Below, in pieces: positions 18,562 through 27,683 of a stretch of 64,000 bases of DNA. The stretch comes from an uncultured Lachnospiraceae bacterium (GTDB lineage Bacteria > Bacillota > Clostridia > Lachnospirales > Lachnospiraceae): positions 5,883-69,882 of the forward strand of contig CAZACC010000001.1 of the NCBI GenBank assembly GCA_964483545.1, written 5' to 3'. A model generated the notes under the pieces. The model did not search any database and had not been told where the DNA came from. It saw only the letters and a program-made list of their open reading frames with translations. Position 1 is the first letter of the stretch. The number at the start of each line of letters is the position of its first letter. The position numbers and the translations under genes were made by a program.

Positions 18562-18762
18562 ATCTGAATATAGATAACAGATGGGTAAACAAGAATCAGT
18601 ATGTCTTATTAATTTCATAGGACTTTCTGGTTCTTTGTTTTATATTATGCTAAGCTTTTTGAAAATCGTTGAATGTTTGTGGTAGAAATGCTACTATATT
18701 TAAGATAGTCTATTGTTGTTATTTATGGAACACAAATGAGTAGAAAAGGGGGAAAATGAACT

Positions 18763-19848
18763 ATGGATGTAGTAAATTATCAATGTCCAAATTGTGATGC
18801 TCCGCTGAAATTCAGCAGCAGTAGCCAGAAATGGGATTGTGAGTTCTGCGGAAGCAGTTTTGTGCTGGATGATTTAAAGGGACAGGAAGCTAAGGGAGAG
18901 GGAATTGTCACCGGCGGTGAATATGATGCAAAGGAAAACGAATGGAGAGAAGAAGAGCTACAGGGAATGAGGGTTTATTCCTGCGAGCAGTGCGGTGGAG
19001 AAATCATTGCAGATGATACTACATCAGCTTCATTTTGTCCTTACTGTGGGAATACAGCAATATTTTCAAAGCAGTTTGAAGATGCTTTCAGGCCGGAATC
19101 TGTCATTCCGTTCAAAATGGATAAAAAACAGGCAAAAGAATCCTTCAAGCAGTTCTGTAAGGGAAAATGGCTGATTCCAAAGGACTTTACTTCAGAGAAT
19201 AAGATCAATGAAATTACAGGCATTTATGTTCCGTTTTGGATGTATGACTGTGAGGCGGATGCAGATATATCCTTCCACGCAACAAAGGTGAACACATGGA
19301 AACAAGGAGATTATCAATATACTAAGACGGATTACTATTCGGTAAAACGTGCTGGAACCATGAACTTTAACCAGGTACCAACTGATGGATCTACAAAGAT
19401 GGATGATAATCTAATGAGTGCAATTGAGCCATTTGATTATCAGGAATTTGCTCCGTTTTCAACGGCATATTTATCGGGATATTTTGCAGAAAAATATGAT
19501 CAGAGCGCAGAGGATGTAAAGCCGCGTGTTGACTCCAGAATGAGAAATTCGGCAGTTAGGGTGATGCAGGATACAGTCAGCGGCTATTCTTCGGTCAGTG
19601 TTGCTCAGAATGTTACAAATCTGAATTATGGCAAGACACATTATGTATTGCTTCCAGTATGGATGTTAGCCAGCAAATATAAGGATAAGGATTATATGTT
19701 TGCTATGAATGGGCAAACGGGGAAAATGGTAGGCAACCTTCCAGTTTCTGTACCCAGAACCATTGCTACATTCTTTGGAATTATGGGTGGTACAGCATTT
19801 GTCATATATCTTATAAATGTAATCAGGTTCTTGGTAGGAGGTGTGTGA
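18763..19848 (+). CDS. double zinc-ribbon protein with C-terminal TM anchor, unknown function
   Basis: Two CxxC...CxxC ribbons (CPNCDAPL..CEFCGSSF and CEQCGGEI..CPYCGNTA) and a C-terminal hydrophobic helix (IATFFGIMGGTAFVIYLINVI). Confidence 0.5.
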   Translation: MDVVNYQCPNCDAPLKFSSSSQKWDCEFCGSSFVLDDLKGQEAKGEGIVTGGEYDAKENEWREEELQGMRVYSCEQCGGEIIADDTTSASFCPYCGNTAIFSKQFEDAFRPESVIPFKMDKKQAKESFKQFCKGKWLIPKDFTSENKINEITGIYVPFWMYDCEADADISFHATKVNTWKQGDYQYTKTDYYSVKRAGTMNFNQVPTDGSTKMDDNLMSAIEPFDYQEFAPFSTAYLSGYFAEKYDQSAEDVKPRVDSRMRNSAVRVMQDTVSGYSSVSVAQNVTNLNYGKTHYVLLPVWMLASKYKDKDYMFAMNGQTGKMVGNLPVSVPRTIATFFGIMGGTAFVIYLINVIRFLVGGV

Positions 19849-20645
19849 TGATGAAAAAGAGAATAACAGCATCTATATTGATGGTACTTATGACAGTCAT
19901 AATGACGGTTCCTGTCTTTGCATATGAAGAACGTGTGGATGACAGCGCAGGACTGCTCAGTGATGAAGAGATTACACAGATTAACGAAAATATTGATTAT
20001 ATCAGAAATGCATATAGCTGTGATGTTGTTATTGTGACAACAAATGATAGTGAAGGCAAGAGTGCTATGGATTATGCTGATGATTATTACGATTACAATG
20101 GTTTTGGAATGGGTGATGAACAGGACGGAATCATTTTAACTGTTAATATGGACATTCAGGAGTATTGGATTTCTACATGTGGACAGGCAATTTTGTGGTT
20201 TTCAGATAGTGAAGTAGAGGATATGAAGTCTACTGTTCAGCCCTATCTGTCTGAAGGAGATTACGGGAATGGATTTCTGGCATGGCTCAGTGATGTGGAA
20301 TATTATTTAGAAACGGATGATGGATCAGGATATATTATAGAAGAAACCAATCCGTTTGCTGCGGCTTTGACATATCTTCCGATGGGTTTGATATTAGGAT
20401 TGGTTCTGGCGGTGATTATCATTATGATTATGATTAGAAAGTGTCGCACAGCAGTGCAGCCGACGCTTGCAAATGACTATCTGGATAAAGAACATATAAC
20501 GCTTCGCAGACAAGAAGACTTATTCCTGAGATCTCATACGTCTTCAGTCAAAATACAAACCGAAAGTAAAAGTGGGAGCGGCGGAAGTACAGTACACAGC
20601 AGCAGTAGCGGCAGGTCACATGGTGGCGGAGGCGGCAAATTTTAG
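19845..20645 (+). CDS. TPM (YgcG-like) domain membrane protein
   Basis: Signal/anchor, a TPM-like core (VDDSAGLLSDEE..CDVVIVTTND..GIILTVNM), a TM helix, and a Ser/Gly-rich tail ending GGGGGKF. It overlaps the upstream gene by 4 nt. Confidence 0.7.
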   Translation: MMMKKRITASILMVLMTVIMTVPVFAYEERVDDSAGLLSDEEITQINENIDYIRNAYSCDVVIVTTNDSEGKSAMDYADDYYDYNGFGMGDEQDGIILTVNMDIQEYWISTCGQAILWFSDSEVEDMKSTVQPYLSEGDYGNGFLAWLSDVEYYLETDDGSGYIIEETNPFAAALTYLPMGLILGLVLAVIIIMIMIRKCRTAVQPTLANDYLDKEHITLRRQEDLFLRSHTSSVKIQTESKSGSGGSTVHSSSSGRSHGGGGGKF

Positions 20646-20691
20646 ATGTCATTTATGAAGGGAAAATGAAAGGTTAAATAAGGAGGAGAAG

Positions 20692-21828
20692 ATGGATTTT
20701 TTGTTATCAAATTTACTTGTAATTACGTGGCAGCAGTTAGTGATGTATGCGGTGGGTCTTATTTTGATATACCTTGCCGTGAAGAAAGAGTATGAGCCAT
20801 CTTTATTATTACCAATGGGATTCGGAGCAATACTTGTTAATTTACCGAATACAGGAGTCATCGATCAGACTCTGACAGGGATTGGTGAGACAAATGGAAT
20901 CATACAATGGTTGTTTGAAATCGGAATAGAGGCTTCAGAGGCTCTTCCAATTCTGCTATTTATCGGCATCGGTGCTATGATTGACTTTGGACCACTTCTT
21001 TCACAGCCGATTATGTTTTTATTTGGCGCAGCAGCTCAGTTCGGTATTTTTGCAGCAGTTGTATTTGCGGCAATGGTTGGATTTGATTTAAAGGATGCGG
21101 CATCCATCGGCATTATTGGAGCGGCAGATGGTCCGACATCTATTTTGGTATCACAGATGCTAAAGTCTAACTATGTAGGAGCCATTGCGGTAGCAGCGTA
21201 TTCCTATATGGCACTTGTTCCGATTATTCAGCCTTTTGCAATCAAGCTCGTTACGACGAAAAAGGAACGTCAGATTAAGATGCCGTATAACCCGAAGAAT
21301 GTATCTAAGGCAACTAGGATTATATTCCCAATCGCAGTCACTTTTGTAGCAGGTCTGGTAGCTCCTACATCAGTAGCGCTGGTAGGCTTTTTGATGTTTG
21401 GTAATCTGATTAGGGAGTGCGGTGTTCTGGCAACTCTTTCAGACTCGGCACAGAATCAGCTGACAAATCTTATTACGTTATTACTTGGTATTACCATTGC
21501 TTTCAGTATGCGTGCAGAGGAATTTGTCAATATCAATACTATGATGATCATGGGTATCGGACTTTTGGCATTTGTTTTTGATACCATCAGTGGTGTACTG
21601 TTTGCAAAGCTAATCAATTTATTTAGAAAAGAAAAGATTAATCCGATGATTGGTGCTGCAGGAATTTCTGCATTTCCGATGTCATCCCGTGTGGTACAGA
21701 AGATGGCACTGAAAGAGGATCCGACTAATATTTTGATTATGCATGCTGCTGGAGCGAACGTATCTGGACAGATTGCATCTGTTGTGGCTGGCGGTCTGTT
21801 AATGAGTTTGGTATCTAACTATTTATAG
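20692..21828 (+). CDS. oadB: sodium ion-translocating decarboxylase, beta subunit
   Basis: OadB/GcdB/MmdB family N-terminus (WQQLVMYAVGLILIYLAVKKEYEPSLLLPMGFGAILVNLP) and later blocks (IGIIGAADGPTS, GAAGISAFPMSSR). Confidence 0.85.
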   Translation: MDFLLSNLLVITWQQLVMYAVGLILIYLAVKKEYEPSLLLPMGFGAILVNLPNTGVIDQTLTGIGETNGIIQWLFEIGIEASEALPILLFIGIGAMIDFGPLLSQPIMFLFGAAAQFGIFAAVVFAAMVGFDLKDAASIGIIGAADGPTSILVSQMLKSNYVGAIAVAAYSYMALVPIIQPFAIKLVTTKKERQIKMPYNPKNVSKATRIIFPIAVTFVAGLVAPTSVALVGFLMFGNLIRECGVLATLSDSAQNQLTNLITLLLGITIAFSMRAEEFVNINTMMIMGIGLLAFVFDTISGVLFAKLINLFRKEKINPMIGAAGISAFPMSSRVVQKMALKEDPTNILIMHAAGANVSGQIASVVAGGLLMSLVSNYL

Positions 21829-21843
21829 AAGGAGAACATAAAT

Positions 21844-21993
21844 ATGAATATGACGAACGTAATCATAGCACTAAACATGATGTGGAAGGGTATGGCTGGT
21901 ATTTTTGTAGTAATCATTCTAGTGATGCTGATTGTTATGCTGCTGACAAAGGTAACAAAGGAAAAACCTGAAGCAGAGCAGAATCAGAAATAG
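21844..21993 (+). CDS. OadG-like small membrane subunit (49 aa)
   Basis: Not in the ORF track because it is short. The peptide is MNMTNVIIALNMMWKGMAGIFVVIILVMLIVMLLTKVTKEKPEAEQNQK, a single TM with the GMxxxFxV pattern seen in decarboxylase gamma subunits. It starts 15 nt after oadB, with a GGAGAA RBS. Confidence 0.45.
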   Translation: MNMTNVIIALNMMWKGMAGIFVVIILVMLIVMLLTKVTKEKPEAEQNQK

Positions 21994-22028
21994 GAAAAAG
22001 AAGTAAGCAGTGCACAGGAGGAAACGGT

Positions 22029-22508
22029 ATGTTGGAACAATCATACTATGATAAAACTGACGAAATCATACAAAGTCATGGGACCGAAGCCAGGTATCTT
22101 ATTCCGATCATGCAGGACATACAAAATGAGTATAGGTATTTGCCATCTGAACTTCTGATTTATGTCGCGAAGAAGCTGGACATTACTGAGGCAAAGGCTT
22201 ATAGTGTTGCGACCTTTTATGAGAACTTTTCTTTTGAAAAGAAAGGAAAGTACATTATTAAAGTATGTGATGGAACGGCTTGCCATGTGAGAAAATCTTT
22301 ACCGCTTTTGGAACGTTTGTATCAGGAATTAGGACTATCGTCCAATCAGCATACAACAGACGATATGCAGTTTACGGTAGAAACGGTTTCTTGTCTGGGC
22401 GCATGTGGTCTTGCGCCAGTATTGACGGTGAATGAAAAAGTACATCCCTCTATGACACCAGATAAGGTATCAGAACTTATAGAGAAGCTGAGAGGTGAGG
22501 ATGCATGA
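22029..22508 (+). CDS. hydC: [FeFe] hydrogenase NuoE-like [2Fe-2S] subunit
   Basis: Thioredoxin-like 2Fe-2S pattern: VCDGTACHV...SCLGACGLAPV. Confidence 0.85.
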   Translation: MLEQSYYDKTDEIIQSHGTEARYLIPIMQDIQNEYRYLPSELLIYVAKKLDITEAKAYSVATFYENFSFEKKGKYIIKVCDGTACHVRKSLPLLERLYQELGLSSNQHTTDDMQFTVETVSCLGACGLAPVLTVNEKVHPSMTPDKVSELIEKLRGEDA

Positions 22509-24394
22509 GAATACAATCAGGGGAAGCGTTGGATCAGAAGAGGGAAAAAACGCTATCCAGAATTAAGAGTGATGATGTGAGGATTTTGATCTGTGCGGGA
22601 ACAGGTTGTCTTGCAGGCGGCTCCGCATCCATCTATGAACGTCTCTGTGAACTGACCCAAAATGATGCAGGAACAAGTGTAGAATTCGGAGTAGAAATTG
22701 CCCACAGACTGGAAGATCATAAACAAGTCGGAATCAAGAAGAGCGGATGCCATGGTTTTTGTGAGATGGGACCGCTTGTCCGGATTGAGCCATATAATAT
22801 CCTCTATATTAAGGTTCAAGAAGAAGATTGTGAAGAAATCTATGAAAAGACGATTTTGAAGGGTGAACCGATTGAACGTCTTTTATATGAGTCAAATGGG
22901 GTAAAGTATCAGACTCAGGAGGATATCCCTTTTTATGCAAAGCAAACCCGTCTGGTATTAAAAAATTGCGGACATATTGATGCAGAACATATTGACGAAT
23001 CTATTGCCTTTGGTGGATATCAAGCCTTAAAGAAGGCTTTATTTGAGATGTCGCCTGAAGATGTCGTCAATGAGATTTTAGAATCTAATCTGCGTGGCAG
23101 AGGCGGCGGGGGATTTCAGACAGGTTATAAGTGGAAACAGGTTGCCAGACAAGCAGAGAAGATTCGTTATGTGGTCTGCAACGGTGATGAGGGAGATCCA
23201 GGTGCTTTCATGGACAGGAGTGTTATGGAAGGCGATCCTCATAAGATGATCGAAGGAATGATCATTGCTGGATACGCTGTAGGAGCGCAGGAAGGCTATA
23301 TCTACGTGCGTGCAGAATATCCGCTCGCTATCAGCCGTTTAAAGATTGCCATTGGACAGGCGGAGGAAGCAGGTCTTCTGGGCAATCGTATTATGGGTTC
23401 AGACTACAGTTTTACATTACAGATTAACCGTGGTGCAGGTGCTTTTGTGTGTGGTGAAGGCAGCGCATTGACTGCTTCTATTGAAGGAGAACGCGGAATG
23501 CCGAGAACCAAACCGCCGCGTACGGTAGAACAGGGTCTTTTTGGCAAGCCAACAGTTTTGAATAACGTAGAAACCTATGTCAATGTGCCAATGATTATCA
23601 CAAGAGGTGCAGCATGGTATCATACGATTGGAACAGAAAAGAGTCCAGGAACAAAAGCATTTGCTGTAACTGGAAGCATTAATAATACAGGATTAATTGA
23701 GGTTCCCATGGGGACGACATTGCAGAAAATTGTCTATGATATCGGTGGCGGAATCAAAAATGGAAAGAACTTTAAAGCGGTTCAGATAGGCGGACCATCT
23801 GGTGGATGTCTGATGGAGACACATTTAGATCTGCCGCTCGATTTTGATTCTCTGAAAAAGATGGGAGCAATGATCGGCTCTGGCGGACTGGTCATCATGG
23901 ATGAGGATACCTGCATGGTAGAGGTAGCCAGATTCTTTATGAATTTTACCCAGAATGAAAGCTGTGGCAAGTGTGTGCCATGTCGCGAGGGTACAAAACG
24001 AATGCTGGAGATTTTGGAGGATCTAGTTGCAGGAAGAGGAACTCTGGAACAATTGGATATCCTGCAAGAACTGGGAGAAGCCATCACGGATACAGCTCTA
24101 TGTGGTCTGGGCAAGAGTGCGGCACTTCCTGTACTATCAACCCTCAGGCTGTTTAGAGATGAATATGAAGAACATGTAACACAGAAAAAGTGCAGGACAG
24201 GAACCTGTCAAGCATTGCGTACATATAAGATTGATCCGAAGAAGTGTAAGGGCTGTTCCAAGTGTGCAAGGAGCTGTCCAGTTAGTGCTATCAGCGGTGA
24301 AATTAAGAACCCGTTCAGCATTGATATAAGCAAATGCATTAAGTGTGGAGCATGCGAAAGCTCATGTCCTTTTAAGGCAATATCAGCTTCATAG
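22505..24394 (+). CDS. hydB: [FeFe] hydrogenase NuoF-like flavoprotein subunit
   Basis: GRGGGGFQTG (FMN/NADH site), ESCGKCVPCREG, and a C-terminal 2x[4Fe-4S] ferredoxin domain (CKGCSKCARSCP, CIKCGACESSCP). Confidence 0.9.
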   Translation: MRIQSGEALDQKREKTLSRIKSDDVRILICAGTGCLAGGSASIYERLCELTQNDAGTSVEFGVEIAHRLEDHKQVGIKKSGCHGFCEMGPLVRIEPYNILYIKVQEEDCEEIYEKTILKGEPIERLLYESNGVKYQTQEDIPFYAKQTRLVLKNCGHIDAEHIDESIAFGGYQALKKALFEMSPEDVVNEILESNLRGRGGGGFQTGYKWKQVARQAEKIRYVVCNGDEGDPGAFMDRSVMEGDPHKMIEGMIIAGYAVGAQEGYIYVRAEYPLAISRLKIAIGQAEEAGLLGNRIMGSDYSFTLQINRGAGAFVCGEGSALTASIEGERGMPRTKPPRTVEQGLFGKPTVLNNVETYVNVPMIITRGAAWYHTIGTEKSPGTKAFAVTGSINNTGLIEVPMGTTLQKIVYDIGGGIKNGKNFKAVQIGGPSGGCLMETHLDLPLDFDSLKKMGAMIGSGGLVIMDEDTCMVEVARFFMNFTQNESCGKCVPCREGTKRMLEILEDLVAGRGTLEQLDILQELGEAITDTALCGLGKSAALPVLSTLRLFRDEYEEHVTQKKCRTGTCQALRTYKIDPKKCKGCSKCARSCPVSAISGEIKNPFSIDISKCIKCGACESSCPFKAISAS

Positions 24395-24412
24395 GATAGG
24401 GAGGAAAATACC

Positions 24413-26098
24413 ATGGATTATATGACAATAGATTCCTTAACGGTACCTATTGAAGGAGAAAAGAATATATTATCAGTTATCCGTAAAGCGGGTATAGATT
24501 TGCCTACATTTTGCTATCACTCTGAACTATCTATCTACGGTGCATGCCGTATGTGTGTGGTGGAGGATGACAAGGGACGCATTTTTGCGTCCTGTTCTGA
24601 GCAGCCGAGACCAGGCATGGTCATTCAGACGAATACGAAGAAGATTCAGCAGTACCGTAAACTGATCATAGAATTGCTGCTGTCGACACACTGTCGTGAC
24701 TGTACAGTATGCACCAAGAATGGAATGTGTGATCTGCAGAGTCTGGCCTATCGTGTAGGAGTTCATGCAGTCAGATTTCTGAATAACAGAAAAGAAAAGC
24801 CTCTTGATATGAGCTCTCCAAGTATTGTCAGAGACCCAAATAAATGCATTCTATGTGGGGATTGTGTACGTACATGTTCAGAAATTCAGGGAATTGGTGC
24901 ATTAGATTTTGCATATCGTGGATCTAAAATGGAGGTAACGCCTGCATTTGGCAAGACACTTGCCGAGACAGACTGTGTTGGCTGTGGTCAATGTCGATCA
25001 GTATGTCCTACAGCAGCGATATCTATTAGAACCAATGTAACTGAGGTATGGGATGCAATTGCGAATCCAAAGGTACGTGTGGTGGCTCAGATCGCACCAG
25101 CAGTACGCGTGGCGGTTGGAGATCGGTTTGGATTGCCGAAGGGCGAGAACAGTATGGGCAAGCTGGTATCTGCACTCCGTATGATGGGATTTGATGCGGT
25201 ATATGATACTAATTTTGGTGCAGATTTAACTGTTATGGAGGAGTCTAAAGAGTTTGCGGAGAGACTGGAAAAGAATGAAAAACTTCCGCTTTTTACTTCC
25301 TGCTGTCCTGCATGGGTGAAATATTGTGAGACGAAACATCCTGAATTTGCAGAGAATGTTTCCTCCTGCCGTTCGCCGCAGGGTATGTTTTCTGCGGTTG
25401 TAAAGGAGTATTTTAAGGAAAAGGATAAGGAAGAAGATAAAACGACTTATATTGTGTCTATTATGCCCTGTACGGCCAAGAAGGCAGAAATTCTTCGACC
25501 TGATAATCATACCAACGGTGTACAGGATACAGATATTGTTCTGACTACGGTTGAGATCGTTCGTATGATTCGTCAGGTTGGAATAAAGTTTGAGGAGTTA
25601 GACGGAGAGGCACCAGATATGCCGTTTGGCATGGCATCTGGAGGAGCAGCTATCTTTGGTGTGACAGGTGGCGTCACAGAGGCAGTGCTTCGTCATTTAT
25701 CTGAGAAACATATACATAGTGCGTTATCTGAGATTCAGTACAGTGGAATCAGAGGAACAGAGAACCTCAAGGAAGCAACGGTGATGCTAGGCGACCAGGA
25801 GGTTAAGATTGCTGTGATTCATGGACTTGCGAATGCAGGCAGGCTGCTGGACAGAATCAAAGCAGGAGAAGTATACTATGATTTTGTAGAAGTTATGGCA
25901 TGCCGACGAGGATGTATTCTGGGCGGAGGACAGCCTCTTCCGATGGGATCACGTACCCGTGCTGGACGTACAGAGGGTATCTATCGTGTAGATAAGCAGT
26001 CACAAATTCGGTTTACGGATGACAACCCCGTACTGTCACAGGTTTATGAGGAGATTATTTGTGGGAATGAACATAAACTTTTACATCGGGCGAATTAA
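24413..26098 (+). CDS. hydA: [FeFe] hydrogenase catalytic subunit
   Basis: N-terminal 2Fe-2S and 4Fe-4S domains plus the H-cluster motifs TSCCPAWV, MPCTAKK and VMACRRGCILGGGQP. Confidence 0.9.
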   Translation: MDYMTIDSLTVPIEGEKNILSVIRKAGIDLPTFCYHSELSIYGACRMCVVEDDKGRIFASCSEQPRPGMVIQTNTKKIQQYRKLIIELLLSTHCRDCTVCTKNGMCDLQSLAYRVGVHAVRFLNNRKEKPLDMSSPSIVRDPNKCILCGDCVRTCSEIQGIGALDFAYRGSKMEVTPAFGKTLAETDCVGCGQCRSVCPTAAISIRTNVTEVWDAIANPKVRVVAQIAPAVRVAVGDRFGLPKGENSMGKLVSALRMMGFDAVYDTNFGADLTVMEESKEFAERLEKNEKLPLFTSCCPAWVKYCETKHPEFAENVSSCRSPQGMFSAVVKEYFKEKDKEEDKTTYIVSIMPCTAKKAEILRPDNHTNGVQDTDIVLTTVEIVRMIRQVGIKFEELDGEAPDMPFGMASGGAAIFGVTGGVTEAVLRHLSEKHIHSALSEIQYSGIRGTENLKEATVMLGDQEVKIAVIHGLANAGRLLDRIKAGEVYYDFVEVMACRRGCILGGGQPLPMGSRTRAGRTEGIYRVDKQSQIRFTDDNPVLSQVYEEIICGNEHKLLHRAN

Positions 26099-26130
26099 TT
26101 CAGCATGCGGATGAAAATGGAGAAATCCTG

Positions 26131-27660
26131 ATGAAGGAATGGAATAAGCATCGATATAAATTTATTATGATGGCAGTTTTGTTTGTCACTGAAATAGTAT
26201 GTGGATTTTATGTATGCTATTTTCAGGGAAGGATATTGAATGATGCGTTCAGTCGTACTGCCAATGCTTTTTATGTAATTTTTGTAAAACCGTCCAGATA
26301 TGCCTCCATAGGTCTTGTCTGGAATCCACTACCAAGTACTCTCCAGCTTCCTTTTATTGCACTGGCTAAGATCTGGAGACCATTTGCATCCAGCGGAATT
26401 TGTGCGGTTGTTGTAACAGCAATCTTTGCGGCATTAGCTTCCTATATCATTCTGGATACATTTGAGAGATTAAGTATCGATAAAAAATATGCAATTACGA
26501 TCACTTTGCTTTATACGTTTAATCCGTTTATCTTTTTCTACGGCTGCAATGGTATGAGTGAATCCATTTTTTTTACTCTTGTAATTTACATTGTCTGCAA
26601 TTTATCTATATGGATGAAAATGGGTAAAAGTAAACATCTGGTTAAGATTGCGTTTGCGCTTGTTTTTCTGTTTTTCACGAGATATGAAGCAATTCCTTTT
26701 GCGGCTGCAGTTGGATTATGTGTGATTATACATATTCTGTTTAATAAGAAAGAGCGTATTTACTGGCTTAACAATTCTTTTCGGGAGCGTTACTTTTATG
26801 CAGAGGGGACAATGGTATTGCTGTATACCCCTATGGCTTATGGTGTTTTCTTGTGGATTATCTTTAATTGGGTGATTAACGGAAATCCTCTATATTTTCT
26901 TAATTCAGCTTATTCTAATGTATCACAGAGTATTTTCACACGGGATTTTGGATCACGGTGGGATATTTTGTTCTATGAGATTGAGAGACTGATTCCATTT
27001 ATCCCATTGTTTTTATTGATTATACTTATCTATTTTTACCGCAGACAAATTACTACGACGGATTTTATTGTAATCTTTATATTAAATATCACTCTTATGA
27101 TTTTTCATTTCTGGATGCTGACAAGCGGAAGTTCGTTTGGCTGGCTGAGGTTCTTTTCTTATACGCTGCCTGTCAGTATATCGTTTGTCCCATATATCTT
27201 ATCAGAATCAAAAAAGAAGTCTCTAAAGGTGGATAAGACAGCGATTGTGATTGTCCTGCTGATATCAGGAGGACTTTGCGCCTATGCATTACAGGATAAA
27301 GAATTGGCGAAGGAGGAACTTAATATTACGATTTCTAATGAAGTATATAAAATATCTGATTATATAAACGAAAATCTGTCAGATGAAATGGTATTGATGG
27401 ATGCTTTCTTGACGAATGGAGTCATTTTAAATATAGAAAATATAGATCACCTTGTAGTGAGCAGCAGTCTGAATTTCTATGATTGCGTTGCTGATCCTGT
27501 CGGGAAGGGAATTAACCATATTCTGGTTCCGGACACAAGCGGAGTCGGAAATCTAGATGCCATTAATCTGGCCTATCCAGATCTATATAGTGCAGGGGCA
27601 GATTGGTGTGAGCTAGAAGAAGAATTTGAAGGCTTTAAACTATTTAGGGTAACAGATTAA
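26131..27660 (+). CDS. polytopic membrane protein, GT-C-like, with C-terminal soluble domain
   Basis: At least 10 hydrophobic helices with an acidic first loop (ILNDAFSRT), then about 130 aa of soluble tail. It is the first gene of the MshEN-synthase cluster. Confidence 0.4.
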   Translation: MKEWNKHRYKFIMMAVLFVTEIVCGFYVCYFQGRILNDAFSRTANAFYVIFVKPSRYASIGLVWNPLPSTLQLPFIALAKIWRPFASSGICAVVVTAIFAALASYIILDTFERLSIDKKYAITITLLYTFNPFIFFYGCNGMSESIFFTLVIYIVCNLSIWMKMGKSKHLVKIAFALVFLFFTRYEAIPFAAAVGLCVIIHILFNKKERIYWLNNSFRERYFYAEGTMVLLYTPMAYGVFLWIIFNWVINGNPLYFLNSAYSNVSQSIFTRDFGSRWDILFYEIERLIPFIPLFLLIILIYFYRRQITTTDFIVIFILNITLMIFHFWMLTSGSSFGWLRFFSYTLPVSISFVPYILSESKKKSLKVDKTAIVIVLLISGGLCAYALQDKELAKEELNITISNEVYKISDYINENLSDEMVLMDAFLTNGVILNIENIDHLVVSSSLNFYDCVADPVGKGINHILVPDTSGVGNLDAINLAYPDLYSAGADWCELEEEFEGFKLFRVTD

Positions 27661-27683
27661 AGAAAGAAAAAGAGTCAAAGAAG

